A stretch of DNA of 64,000 nucleotides from an uncultured Thermoplasmata archaeon (GCA_964568665.1 CAZMPY010000005.1:742-64741); one strand, 5' to 3'; counted from the first letter of the stretch, positions 27,703 through 37,487 are shown. Notes: generated by a model not told the origin, from the sequence alone. Made by a program: numbers and translations.

Positions 27703-29009
27703 GGCCCGACGCACCCCTTGACCACACCGGTCAGCTTCGCCATGATCGCCTCGGCCCTCTCCTTCTTCCGGGCCTCGGCCATGATGCGTACCTTGGGCTC
27801 CGTCCCCGACACCCTGACCAGGCCCCAGCCGTCCGAGCACTGCACCCTGAAGCCGTCTGTGGTCTCGAGCTTCCTGCACTCGACCGAGCGCATGGTCCTC
27901 GCGAGCTTCTTCAGGACCGCGTCCCTGCGCTTGGCATCGAACGGGACCGCGGACCTCAGGGTCGGATAGACCGGTATGGGCTTCCTGAGCTGCGACAGGG
28001 TCTTCTTCTTCGATGCGAGCTCCACGAGCCGCGCGGCGGCCAGTATGCCGTCCGGGCAGTAGGTCTGGTCCGGGAATATCCAGGTGCCCGATGGCTCCCC
28101 GCCGAACTCGGCCTTCGATGTCTTGACGGCCTCGCTCACGAACGCGTCCCCGACGCGGGTCCTGATGACCTTCGCCCGGATGTAGTCGTCCACGGCCATC
28201 GATGTGTCGACGGTCGCGACTATCCTCTTCTTCGCGTAGTTCTTCGCGAAGAGCGCCAGGAGCTGGTCCCCGCCCAGGAAGACGCCCTTGTCGTCGACCG
28301 CGACCATGCGGTCCGCATCGCCGTCGTGGGCGATGCCCAGGGCGGCCTTCATCGAGACGACCGCGCGCTTCAGGTCCGTGAGGTTCTCCTCGACGGGTTC
28401 GGGGGGTCTCCCCGGGAAGTGCCCGTCGGGGTTCGAGTTGAGCGTGATGACCTTGCAGCCCATGCGCTGCAGGACGATGGGCGTGATCGTGGAAGCGGGC
28501 CCGTTGGCGCAGTCGACGACGACCCTGAGCCTGGACTCGCCCACGCCCGCCAGTATGCGCTCCGCGTGGCGCTCGACGGCGTCCGGCAGGACCTGCGACC
28601 TGCCCACGCGGTCCCAGCGCTGGAGCTTGAACTTATGGGACGATATGGCCCTCTCGATGGCCTTCGCCTGGTCCGTGCTGACGCCCATGCCGTCCGGGTT
28701 CCAGAACTTGACCCCGGCGTACTCCGGCGGGTTGTGGCTCGCGGTGATCATGACGCCGCAGCACATATCCCTGGCGGCCTCGGCAAGCGTGGGGGTGGTG
28801 ACGAGCCCGGCCCTGTGGACGCGGCTCCCGGCGGCCGTCAGGCCGCCCACGAGTGCGGCCTCCATCAGCTGCCCCGAGGTCCTCGAGTCCATGCCGATGA
28901 CGACCTCCTCGGCCATGGAACCGATGGCCATGCCTATGTCCATGGCGAGCTCAGGGGTCATGTCCTGGTTGACGACGCCGCGTATGCCAGACGATCCAAA
29001 AAGGCCCAT
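27699..29009 (-). CDS. glmM: Phosphoglucosamine mutase / phosphohexomutase family
   Basis: Active-site TASHNP, metal-binding HDGDADR, and the GEPSGTWIF sugar-binding loop. Confidence 0.85.
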   Translation of the reverse strand: MGLFGSSGIRGVVNQDMTPELAMDIGMAIGSMAEEVVIGMDSRTSGQLMEAALVGGLTAAGSRVHRAGLVTTPTLAEAARDMCCGVMITASHNPPEYAGVKFWNPDGMGVSTDQAKAIERAISSHKFKLQRWDRVGRSQVLPDAVERHAERILAGVGESRLRVVVDCANGPASTITPIVLQRMGCKVITLNSNPDGHFPGRPPEPVEENLTDLKRAVVSMKAALGIAHDGDADRMVAVDDKGVFLGGDQLLALFAKNYAKKRIVATVDTSMAVDDYIRAKVIRTRVGDAFVSEAVKTSKAEFGGEPSGTWIFPDQTYCPDGILAAARLVELASKKKTLSQLRKPIPVYPTLRSAVPFDAKRRDAVLKKLARTMRSVECRKLETTDGFRVQCSDGWGLVRVSGTEPKVRIMAEARKKERAEAIMAKLTGVVKGCVGP

Positions 29010-29086
29010 CTCTCTTTCCCTTCGCCTCTCGGATGACTCTTCATGATTATATTACATCTCGTCGGGAGGGGCCGGGCTGGGGGTGT

Positions 29087-29138
29087 GCGGACGGACCGAT
29101 AAGCACGCGGACGGGTGGGCCGCAGGATGCGCGGACGG
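29087..29138. repeat. Three direct GCGGACGG octamers upstream of the glmM operon promoter
   Basis: GCGGACGG at 29087, 29107 and 29131. A TAATATAAT TATA-like box for the minus-strand operon lies at about 29046-29056. Confidence 0.4.
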
Positions 29139-29337
29139 GGGCACTGGCTATGACGGAAAACACAGCCAGATACGCTGGCTGAGGACCTCACGTGACGCGC
29201 GCGGATAATAGCCAGATAGTCTCAAAAAACGAGCCAGCAAACGCAAAGATATATATATCGCACAGCTTGATACATATCTGGACCATGCCTGGATGGCGTG
29301 GACAGAAGGACCGAACATATATCGGAGGGATGAAAAC

Positions 29338-29562
29338 ATGGTTATGGAGCCCATAAGTGTGGACAAGGCGATTGAGATCGCGAAGAAGAAGGGCATCAAA
29401 CCCGGCCGCGTAAAGGACACGAACGGTGTTCAGTTCACGAAGGGAAGGAACCCCCGCCTCGAGACAATCGACTGGGACGAGTTCAGGACCACCCTGTCGA
29501 AGAGGAAGCTCGCCGTTTACGAGAGCGGCGGCTGGATGAAGATCATGAAGGCAAAGAGATAG
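29338..29562 (+). CDS. Hypothetical small protein (74 aa)
   Basis: GGAGGG lies 8 nt upstream of the ATG at 29338. Lys-rich, coding-like composition. An ATATATATAT TATA-like tract lies upstream. Confidence 0.5.
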   Translation: MVMEPISVDKAIEIAKKKGIKPGRVKDTNGVQFTKGRNPRLETIDWDEFRTTLSKRKLAVYESGGWMKIMKAKR

Positions 29563-29754
29563 GCAGGTTGCCTATCTCTCCTAAACTCTTTCCCAAACCC
29601 CCATCAACCACTTCTTCTCGGTGATCACCTCGAGGCGCAGCTCACGGCTCCGTGCCGCGCTCGAGACCGCGGGAGACGCACTTCGCGTCCTCCCCGGACC
29701 GGACCTTGCCGCACCTCGGGGAAGGTTTATATCGCGTCACTGCCGATTGGTAGG

Positions 29755-30354
29755 ATGGGCACGTCAGAGCCAAGGAGATGCGGGGAAATGGCCGATGAGG
29801 GAGTACGCACCGCGGAGGACCGAACCGGGGGCAGCGGCGGAACGGGGACCAGCCGCAGAAGATGGTCCCTGAGCACGGACGACGGTTGCCCCTGGCACGC
29901 CGCCAGACAGGGCAAACTGCGCGTTGGGGGCATGCTCATCATCCTGGCGGCCCTGACCGCGCTCGCAGGGAGCAGCATCATGCTCACAGATCACTTCACC
30001 CATGAATCGATATATGACGTCCTGGAGGACCACCGCTCTTGGCCGTTCCTGGTTCTCGAATCCGCGACGATAGCCATATCCGTCGTCGCGTTGGCAGGAG
30101 GCGTCTCCACCATCAGGAGGAGGAGGTGGAGGCTCTCGATGCTCGGCGGAGTGATGGCGGCCATCGCAGTCATCATTCCCGGCCCGCTCATCTTCGTCGC
30201 GCCCCTGTGGGCCTTAGTCGCCTTTCCGATGTTCTTCGGGGCGGTCCTCGGCACGTGCAGGGTACGGGCCTTCAGAGGAGAGTTCACGGACGGTGCAGAT
30301 ACCGCCGGGAGGGACGGGCCCGCGGACGACCTCGCGGCCCGAGCTCGCGATTGA
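29755..30354 (+). CDS. Hypothetical membrane protein
   Basis: Four predicted TM helices in the C-terminal two-thirds. Start uncertain: 29755, 29788 or later. Confidence 0.4.
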   Translation: MGTSEPRRCGEMADEGVRTAEDRTGGSGGTGTSRRRWSLSTDDGCPWHAARQGKLRVGGMLIILAALTALAGSSIMLTDHFTHESIYDVLEDHRSWPFLVLESATIAISVVALAGGVSTIRRRRWRLSMLGGVMAAIAVIIPGPLIFVAPLWALVAFPMFFGAVLGTCRVRAFRGEFTDGADTAGRDGPADDLAARARD

Positions 30355-30629
30355 CGGCGTCAAGGGCGAGACAGGATTATATCGCCGCCAGTGATACTGA
30401 CCTGTGCGTCGGACAGCTTCGTCCGACGGCGCAAGTGACGAGGGGAGTCCCGTGTCTCACAGAAGGATTGTTGCGTTCATAACCGCCCTGATCTCGATCA
30501 TTCCGGCGATTGCGTTCGCGGCACCCGCATGCGCGGAGGACATGCGCCCCGAGTGGACCGTGGATGGGGAGACTTACTCCGCCCTCCCGTTCGTGGAGCT
30601 CACAGGCTGGGACGGGTTCCTCGCGGCGT

Positions 30630-32306
30630 TCATGCCTGCTTCCTGCGCGTCCGCGCGATGACCGCGAACAATCCGACCATGGCTAGCACGGGCAGGACGA
30701 CCGTCCCGAACTCCGGGATCGCGTACTCCGAGACGACGAGGTCGAAGAAGGCGAAACCGCTCAGGCCCGAGCCGTCCCTGACCTCGAGCAGGACCGTGTA
30801 GTTGCCCGGGGCAGGATACTGCCGGGTGATGTTCCCGTCGTCCGACCAGTCGCTGTCCCACTGGCCGTCACCCTGCAGGTCCCAGCGGTACTCCTGGAAC
30901 GGGTCGCCGCAGCCGTCATCGGGGTCGTATGACTCCGTCCCGTTGAGGTTGATGTCCGTCGATGTGTCCCCGGACGAGGGTGTGACCGCGAGGATCGCAA
31001 CCGGCTTCGTGTCGACCGGTGGCGGCGTCGTGAGCGGGTACTCATCGGAGCAGTCCGAGTCGAACAAGTAGGGGTTGTCCACGATCCCGTCCGCGCCGAG
31101 GCCATCGTCCTGCGTGGCCCCTCCGCTCGCATCGGGCGCAGTCCAGTTATCCCAGAAGTTACCGCCGTCTGGATACGACAGGTTCCACAGGTTGACCAGC
31201 GGGCCCGCATCGTCCTCCGCCTGGCAGGGCGTGTTGTCGACGAACCTGTTGTGATACACCCTGACGCCCACGCAGGCCTCGAGGGACACTCCCCCTCCCA
31301 CGAAGTCGACCGGGGAGGTGGCCGTGTTGTTCGAGAACGTGTTGTTCCGTATGACGACGCCGACGGAGTCCTCGAGCAGGATCGCGGAGTATCCGTGGGT
31401 GCCGTTCAGGAGGTTGTGGGCCACGGTCACGTTGTACGTGCACCTGTCGATGTTCATCCCGTACTGCACGCTCCCCTGGATCCTGTTGGCGAGCACGGAC
31501 ACGTTTCCACAATCGGCCAGGACGATGCCGGACCAGACTGGCGTGCAGTCGTTGCCCATGACGGTCACGTTCGAGCAGCCAGCGACCTGGACGCAGTAGT
31601 ACACGCCCGTGAAGGTGTTCTGTGCGGCGAGGACGCCGTCGCTGCCCTGGAAAAGGACGCCGACCTCGAGCGAGGCCATCTGGTTGAGTATCACCGTGCA
31701 GTCCGTGCAATCAGTCGCGTAGACGCCGTTCGCAGTGCCGAACGTGTTCGCCACGATGTGGACGCGCTCGCAGGAGCTCATCACGATGGCCCAGCCCCAC
31801 ATCTCCGAGAAGTCGTTCCTGACAAGGGACAGGTCCCGGCAGTCGGTGAGCGTTATGCCAGGATAGGTGCGGTTCGCGAAGGAGTAGGACAGCATCCCGT
31901 TGGACACGTTGGTCATCACGAGCGCGTACGAAGGATACGACATGGATGCCGTGCCGTTCATGCGGACGTCGGTGATGACGAAGTGCGCGGTGGTGTTCCT
32001 GACGGTCACGGCCGCCCCAACGCTGACGGGTATGTCCCATCCCGAGATGACGTACGGGTCGGCGGGGGTCCCCGAACCGCCCACGACGCCGTTCTCGGTC
32101 GTGAAGGCCGCGTCCCCGACGATCACGATGGGGCCGCGGGCCGTGCGCGCCGCGCTGGTCCCCGACGGGGCGAGCGCGAGGAACGCGAGGCCGGAGAGCA
32201 CGACGACGAGGACGATGCCGATGCTGGCGAGGCCGACGAGCGACGGGCCACGTGCAACCCTACCTGGCGGCGCCTTCCTTCCAGCGGTGAGCCCGTTGTG
32301 GGCCAC
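30630..32306 (-). CDS. Cell-surface protein: right-handed beta-helix (PbH1/NosD-like) repeats, a PKD-like domain and a PEF-CTERM-like sorting signal
   Basis: Repeated ..N.F..N..G-type beta-helix units. PKD-like DPDDG..RWDLQGDG..Y..PG.YTV.LEV. C-terminal tripartite IPEFGTVVLPVLAMVGLFAVIARTRRKQA. The GTG at 32306 precedes the signal-anchor helix. The ORF-track start at 32522 would overlap the divergent gene. Confidence 0.75.
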   Translation of the reverse strand: MAHNGLTAGRKAPPGRVARGPSLVGLASIGIVLVVVLSGLAFLALAPSGTSAARTARGPIVIVGDAAFTTENGVVGGSGTPADPYVISGWDIPVSVGAAVTVRNTTAHFVITDVRMNGTASMSYPSYALVMTNVSNGMLSYSFANRTYPGITLTDCRDLSLVRNDFSEMWGWAIVMSSCERVHIVANTFGTANGVYATDCTDCTVILNQMASLEVGVLFQGSDGVLAAQNTFTGVYYCVQVAGCSNVTVMGNDCTPVWSGIVLADCGNVSVLANRIQGSVQYGMNIDRCTYNVTVAHNLLNGTHGYSAILLEDSVGVVIRNNTFSNNTATSPVDFVGGGVSLEACVGVRVYHNRFVDNTPCQAEDDAGPLVNLWNLSYPDGGNFWDNWTAPDASGGATQDDGLGADGIVDNPYLFDSDCSDEYPLTTPPPVDTKPVAILAVTPSSGDTSTDINLNGTESYDPDDGCGDPFQEYRWDLQGDGQWDSDWSDDGNITRQYPAPGNYTVLLEVRDGSGLSGFAFFDLVVSEYAIPEFGTVVLPVLAMVGLFAVIARTRRKQA

Positions 32307-32479
32307 GGTCGCACTGCGGTCGATGATACCTCCCGTCGAACCACTCCCGATAGCCAATCTATCCTCCGGACCGTGATTGCCGTCTGGGATTATGAGGCTT
32401 GTGAGACAGGGAGACACAGGGTTGATATGTCGCGACCGGCATCCCCGGCGCGGATCGGGTCCGGGGGAGCGAGGGGAGC

Positions 32480-33154
32480 ATGGATTGTCCCAAGTGCGGG
32501 GTCCACCACAGGGCGGACGCATCGGCCTGCAGGATGTGCGGCCATCAGTTCATCACAGCGGTCAGCCGTGAGTTCCGGGGGATCAGATGCCCCACGTGCG
32601 GGGCGGACAACCCGCCGGGCGAGAAGGACTGCTCCGTCTGCCGCAGGCCGATGAGGCCGAAGGCGGCGAAGAAGGATGTCGAGGACCCCGACGCGTGGAA
32701 GAGGCCGCAGAGTACCTACGCCGACTACCCGTCGTCGGCGAGCAGGACGGCGAGGGTCGGCACCGGGGGAGTGCTCATCATCATGGCCGGGTTCTTCACG
32801 ATCGCGGACATAATCATGACGCTGATGATCACCTATGACGCCACTCAGATGGCCGACTACAGGGACCTGACGCGGCAGTACCCCTACCTGGAGGAGGCGG
32901 TGGGGACCATGGTCGCGTGCCAGGCGCTGAGGCTGATGTTCGCCGTCCCGGCCCTTCTCGGAGGGATGTTCGCCATCCAGAAGAAGAGGTGGGGGCTCGC
33001 CATGCTCGGCGGGGTTCTGGGGACGCTCGCGGTGGTGTCGACCCTGCTCGGGCTCGTCATCCCCTTCTGGGGACTGATCGCGGTCCTGCTGTTCTTCGGG
33101 GGCATAGTGGGGACGGTCCTGGTCGGGGTCTCGAGAAGGGAGTTCGTGATCTGA
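32480..33154 (+). CDS. Double zinc-ribbon membrane protein
   Basis: CPKCG..CRMCGH and CPTCG..CSVCRRP ribbons followed by 4 TM helices. Same architecture as 11919-12437. Confidence 0.6.
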   Translation: MDCPKCGVHHRADASACRMCGHQFITAVSREFRGIRCPTCGADNPPGEKDCSVCRRPMRPKAAKKDVEDPDAWKRPQSTYADYPSSASRTARVGTGGVLIIMAGFFTIADIIMTLMITYDATQMADYRDLTRQYPYLEEAVGTMVACQALRLMFAVPALLGGMFAIQKKRWGLAMLGGVLGTLAVVSTLLGLVIPFWGLIAVLLFFGGIVGTVLVGVSRREFVI

Positions 33155-33243
33155 GCCATCCGTCCTGCGAGGGTAGCCCATGATAGCTTCATACGCTCCG
33201 GCAGCGATGATGAACTGGTGGCTCGACGGGTAGTCGGTATACA

Positions 33244-33444
33244 TTGCCCCAGATGATTATGGAATCCAAGGAGACCCTCAGGAACGACGGTTTCAGGAGG
33301 AGGACCTCCGGGTTCAAATACTGGCTTCTCGTCCCTCTGGCATCCGTTTTCATCTACATGGGGATTGCCTGGTTCGCGTTCATCGGCATGTCTGCCATGG
33401 CCGAGAAGCTGCACGCCAGGCTAGACAGATGGGCCGCGCGCTGA
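33244..33444 (+). CDS. Hypothetical small membrane protein
   Basis: One central hydrophobic helix. Support is weak. Confidence 0.3.
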   Translation: MPQMIMESKETLRNDGFRRRTSGFKYWLLVPLASVFIYMGIAWFAFIGMSAMAEKLHARLDRWAAR

Positions 33445-33463
33445 GAAGGATGCGGGGCGGAGC

Positions 33464-34618
33464 TCAGTAATAGGCGTAGCCCGAGTAATAACATCGGGTT
33501 TCTTGTGAGATCCAGGAGTCCATGTGCCCGTCGTGGAACACGAAGCTGACCTCCCAGGCAGCATAGTCATAGACCGCACGGGTATCCGTCAAGTTGGTCC
33601 TCCAGCGAAGTCGGTAGACTACGTCCTCAGCGAATGCCGTACCGTCCTGCGCCGTCACCACGAGCCTGTCCCCGGGACCGGACCTACCGTCGCCCAGGCG
33701 GTCGATTACCGTGAGGGACACGTTCAGGGACCCGATGGATTCCCTCCCCAGGGAGAGAACTGACCAGACGCCTCCGTCCAGCCCGGTGGTCTGGAAGGTC
33801 CATCCGACGTAGGACTCACCGTCGTTCATCGACAGACGGGAGTTCCCCCAGGAACTAACCACCATCAGGGGCTTATCCCTGGACAGCTCCAGGACGACCC
33901 CTCCTTCAACCGTGTCCAGGGGCGGTTCGTCCCTTAGGAAATCGTGCTGCTGGAGAGCGAGGACGAGCGAGACGAGCATGAATGCGACCAGCATCGCCAC
34001 CCACTTCCTCCGGGAGGACAAGAAGCCCTTCAGGTCCGCGGCGGACATCTTCGGCTTCCATGCGATATCGCGCTTCATGCGGGGTCCGTGATACCTGTAG
34101 GTCCGCTTTCGGCGCGGCCTGCCATCCGAGAAGACCCTGAGCCTGCGCATGATATCGACACGAGTGGACCCGAAGCCCGGACCCATGGGACGGACGAGGC
34201 TTCCGAGGACGAGGGCGGCGGAGACGACCCCCGCGTAGAACCCGACCGAGAGACCGAATTCGATCGTCCCGTCAGAATGCGCGGATACCTCGGCTGCCCT
34301 GTCCATGACGCTGACGGCATATGCCACAAGCCCTCCGGCCTGGACCACTCCCGACAGGGGGGTGACGATGGCCAAGGCAGTGCCGAGTATGAACAACTGT
34401 ACGCCAGTGGAACTGAGGGACGCATGCGGGGGTGGCACGAAGAACGAAGAACTGAAGGAGTCAGGATCGGAGAGATAGGTCCAAGTACAGAACATCGCGG
34501 CCAGGCCGAGCACGAGGCCGCATAGACATAGGACGTTGGTCGAACGGACATAAGTGGTCGTAACCTCGTCTGACCGTGGCTTGGACTGATCTGCCCCCGC
34601 AACATCCTCCAGATCCAT
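33464..34618 (-). CDS. Hypothetical multi-pass membrane protein with C-terminal extracellular-like domain
   Basis: 384-aa ORF with several TM helices in the N-terminal half and coding-like composition. No motif recognised. Confidence 0.55.
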   Translation of the reverse strand: MDLEDVAGADQSKPRSDEVTTTYVRSTNVLCLCGLVLGLAAMFCTWTYLSDPDSFSSSFFVPPPHASLSSTGVQLFILGTALAIVTPLSGVVQAGGLVAYAVSVMDRAAEVSAHSDGTIEFGLSVGFYAGVVSAALVLGSLVRPMGPGFGSTRVDIMRRLRVFSDGRPRRKRTYRYHGPRMKRDIAWKPKMSAADLKGFLSSRRKWVAMLVAFMLVSLVLALQQHDFLRDEPPLDTVEGGVVLELSRDKPLMVVSSWGNSRLSMNDGESYVGWTFQTTGLDGGVWSVLSLGRESIGSLNVSLTVIDRLGDGRSGPGDRLVVTAQDGTAFAEDVVYRLRWRTNLTDTRAVYDYAAWEVSFVFHDGHMDSWISQETRCYYSGYAYY

Positions 34619-34774
34619 AGGAACCGCCTGCTATCGAATGATTCGGCACAACGCTATATGAAGTCCGCGCTGACATGTCGACGGGAGGTCTTACGTGCGG
34701 GAAGGGGTCTGTCGGTCCATTCGAGACGTGCCGAGAGTGGGTGGACGGGGATGGGTGGCGAGGGAGAGACAGAG

Positions 34775-34783
34775 TTATTTATA
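34775..34783 (+). promoter_or_regulatory. TATA box of tRNA-Leu
   Basis: TTATTTATA about 30 nt upstream of tRNA position 1. Confidence 0.5.
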
Positions 34784-34813
34784 CGACCACCATAATCACA
34801 GCTTCTCCGGGAT

Positions 34814-34898
34814 GCAGGGATAGCCAAGCCTGGTCAACGGCGCTAGATTCAGGGTCTAGTCGCGCAGGCGTCCGCCGGTTCAAATCCGGCTCCCTGCA
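34814..34898 (+). tRNA. tRNA-Leu (anticodon CAG), class II with long variable arm
   Basis: Cloverleaf folded by hand. Acceptor GCAGGGA/TCCCTGC. Anticodon stem CTAGA/TCTAG with loop TTCAGGG. 14-nt variable arm. T-arm GCCGG-TTCAAAT-CCGGC. Discriminator A. No encoded CCA. Confidence 0.9.
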
Positions 34899-34935
34899 CA
34901 TCTCTCCATCTGTGCCCTTCTCAATCCGCAACCTT
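34886..34935 (+). repeat. attL-type core: tRNA-Leu 3' end plus about 37 nt downstream (reference copy)
   Basis: CCGGCTCCCTGCACATCT..TGTGCCCTTCTCAATCCGCAACCTT recurs nearly identically at 45971-46018. The tRNA part also recurs at 43281-43310 and 55181-55206. Confidence 0.8.
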
Positions 34936-35019
34936 ATGCAGCAGGGCCATACTCTGAATTAGAGTACTAGGCTGATTATGACAAAGTCACCTGAATTCTT
35001 AAAGCTGTTTGGTTGCTGT

Positions 35020-36027
35020 TTAGGTCAGTCCTTTGTCCGGCCCTGGATGATTGTCATCATGTCCGACCGTTACAACGACTTTCCCTTTTACGAGCCCTTT
35101 TGAAAAATCCCTGAGAGCCTCCGGAACCTCACTGAGGTCGATTCGTCTGTCTATGACGGGTGAGAGTCTCCCCTTCCCGTTGAGTTCGAGCAAGAACCGC
35201 AGGTCCTCCTCGGTGTTCACGTTCATTGGGTTGATGCCCATCTTCTTCTTGCTCGCAATGGAGACAAGAGGCCCCAGGAGCATCGCCTGCATTATGGCGT
35301 ATCTTGAGCCTCCCAACAGGACGAACAGGCCATCGGGGGCCATGACGCGCCTGTAGTCGAAGATCGACCGGCGCGTGGCCATATCCAGGATGAGGTCGTA
35401 GCGCTCCCCGCTCCTTGTGCAATCCTCCCGGGCGTAATCGATGACGTGGTCGGCTCCGATGGCGCGAAGCATCTCGAGCTTCCCAATGCTGTCCACGCCC
35501 GTTACCTCGGCCCCGTAATACTTCGCGATCTGCACAGCGAACGTGCCCATGCCGCCGCCGGCGCCGTTGATCAGGACCTTCTGCCCTTTCTTGATGGGGC
35601 GCCTGCCGCGAAGGCCCTGAAGGGCGATCTTGGCCGCCTGGGGGAGGGTGGCAGCGTCCTCAAAGGATATGCTGTCCGGTTTCCGCATCAATGCATCTTC
35701 AGGTACTGCCACGTACTCCGCAAAAGCGCCGAAGCCGCACGTGAACAGGTCCCCGAAGACCGCATCGCCTTCCTTCAACCGCTTGATGTCCCTCCCGACT
35801 GCCACGACCCGACCCGCGACGTCCGATCCGGGTATCCTGTGTCGTGGCCTGAAGGGGCCGCCGATGCGGGCCAAGACCGAGCCGCCCAGGATCTCGAAAT
35901 CGGCGGCATTCAGTGACGAAGCGTGGACCCTCACCAGTACCTGGTTGTCTCGGGGGGTCGGTCTCTCCACCTCCTCGAGTCGGAGGATTTCCGGCGGGCC
36001 GTATCTGTCGCAGACAATGGCTTTCAT
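35020..36027 (-). CDS. Zinc-type/quinone-oxidoreductase-like medium-chain dehydrogenase/reductase (MDR), copy 1
   Basis: MKAIVCDRYGPPEIL N-terminus, GSDVAGRVVAVG, and LINGAGGGMGTFAVQIAK Rossmann motif. Confidence 0.8.
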   Translation of the reverse strand: MKAIVCDRYGPPEILRLEEVERPTPRDNQVLVRVHASSLNAADFEILGGSVLARIGGPFRPRHRIPGSDVAGRVVAVGRDIKRLKEGDAVFGDLFTCGFGAFAEYVAVPEDALMRKPDSISFEDAATLPQAAKIALQGLRGRRPIKKGQKVLINGAGGGMGTFAVQIAKYYGAEVTGVDSIGKLEMLRAIGADHVIDYAREDCTRSGERYDLILDMATRRSIFDYRRVMAPDGLFVLLGGSRYAIMQAMLLGPLVSIASKKKMGINPMNVNTEEDLRFLLELNGKGRLSPVIDRRIDLSEVPEALRDFSKGLVKGKVVVTVGHDDNHPGPDKGLT

Positions 36028-36041
36028 GGTGCGGTAGCGTC

Positions 36042-36962
36042 TCAGCCACCGTCATCACCAATCACGGCTATAACCACATTGCCCCTCTTGTGTCCAGTAT
36101 CGACGTACCTGTGGGCTTGCACCACCTCATCCAACGGATACGTCCTGTCGATGACAGGGCGTATCTTTCCCGCCTCCACGAGCTCTTTCAGGTGGATGAG
36201 ATCTTCATTCGACTCTCTCGTGAGAGAGAACGACGATATGAAGACCCCGTTTTCCCCCAGGGACTTATTGCACCCCGATTTCTTAAGCTTCCGTACGGTG
36301 TCGAAGACGACATCATAGGTCTCGCCATTCTTCTTGAAATCCTCTTTGGAGTAGTCTATCACCTCGTCGGCGCCGATGGATCTCACCAGGTCGAGATTGG
36401 CACCGCTGCATACTCCCGTCACATGGGCCCCGTAGTGCTTCGCCAGCTGCACGGCATAGGTGCCAACGGAACCGGACGCCCCGTAGATGAGGACCCTATC
36501 CCCCTTCCTGACATTCCCCGATCTGAGTATCTGGAGGGCGGTCATCCCTCCGATGGGAATGGCGGCAGCCTCCCCGAAGGATACATTGGCTGGTTTCCTG
36601 GCCACCATCCCCCTTCCCCCCTTCTCTGGGATGCAGACATACTCGGCGTTGGATCCGCATTTGAGCCCCGTGGTCGTTCCAAAGACATGATCGCCTTTCC
36701 TGAATGACTTGATATCCCTGCCCACCGCCTCGACCACACCTGCAAGCTCATGACCTGCGATCTTCTTCAGCTTGAAGCCCATCGGGATCATGAGTGGAGC
36801 CATTAGGAATCGGGGCATCTTCCTGAGGATGGCGTCCCCTATGGTCACCGTCGAGGCGTGGACCCTGACCAGCATCTCGTTGTCCCGGGGTGCGGGCTTT
36901 TCCACTTCCCTGAGCTCCAGAACCTCTGGCGGTCCGCTTCCAGTTACCACTATGGCTTTCAT
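36042..36962 (-). CDS. MDR-family NAD(P)-dependent oxidoreductase, copy 2
   Basis: MKAIVVTGSGPPEVL, GHELAGVVEAVG and LIYGASGSVGTYAVQLAK. The ATG at 36962 is preferred over 36995. Confidence 0.8.
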   Translation of the reverse strand: MKAIVVTGSGPPEVLELREVEKPAPRDNEMLVRVHASTVTIGDAILRKMPRFLMAPLMIPMGFKLKKIAGHELAGVVEAVGRDIKSFRKGDHVFGTTTGLKCGSNAEYVCIPEKGGRGMVARKPANVSFGEAAAIPIGGMTALQILRSGNVRKGDRVLIYGASGSVGTYAVQLAKHYGAHVTGVCSGANLDLVRSIGADEVIDYSKEDFKKNGETYDVVFDTVRKLKKSGCNKSLGENGVFISSFSLTRESNEDLIHLKELVEAGKIRPVIDRTYPLDEVVQAHRYVDTGHKRGNVVIAVIGDDGG

Positions 36963-37001
36963 TCTATCACCCACATTTCTACAGCCAGTATCCAACTCAC
37001 A

Positions 37002-37487
37002 TCAGTTCCCAACCGCACCGTACCTTTGGACCTTGGGCCACTTCCATGCATTCCAGATAATCAGTGCAATAAGCACACCTTCTATGATCATGTACAATGC
37101 ATAATAGGCCCAAATTCCTGCTGATACGAGCGTTGTAGTGAGCAGGACACCAGCAAGGAATACACCTGCGATGATGTTCGCCCGGCGATTCGCTTCAGCC
37201 TTCAATGTCAGGGACAGGAAGACCATGAGACTAGGAATCGCCATCAATACTGCAGCGCCCAACAGGAATGCCTGATTGAGCTCTATGCCTTCCATCGATC
37301 CCGGCTGAAAAAGTGTGAAAACATCATTGTACAAATAGAAGAACATCAGAATTACCCATAGTCCTGCAAGCTTCGTCTTGATGTCTATCTTCGGATCCTC
37401 CAAGATCGTTGCGGTCTTCCCGTCCTCGTCCCTCACGTTCTTCTTCTTGCCCATGCCCGTTCCAATCGTCTGATCATGTTCTGCCAT
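37002..37487 (-). CDS. Hypothetical membrane protein (4 TM)
   Basis: Hydrophobic helices and coding-like composition. Immediately upstream of MDR copy 2 on the same strand. Confidence 0.55.
   Translation of the reverse strand: MAEHDQTIGTGMGKKKNVRDEDGKTATILEDPKIDIKTKLAGLWVILMFFYLYNDVFTLFQPGSMEGIELNQAFLLGAAVLMAIPSLMVFLSLTLKAEANRRANIIAGVFLAGVLLTTTLVSAGIWAYYALYMIIEGVLIALIIWNAWKWPKVQRYGAVGN

Noticed and set aside
31251-32654. 467-aa plus-strand ORF opposite the beta-helix surface protein
   Set aside because: Shadow frame with Arg/Gly/Asp/His-rich composition. The minus-strand product has repeat structure, a PKD domain and a sorting signal.
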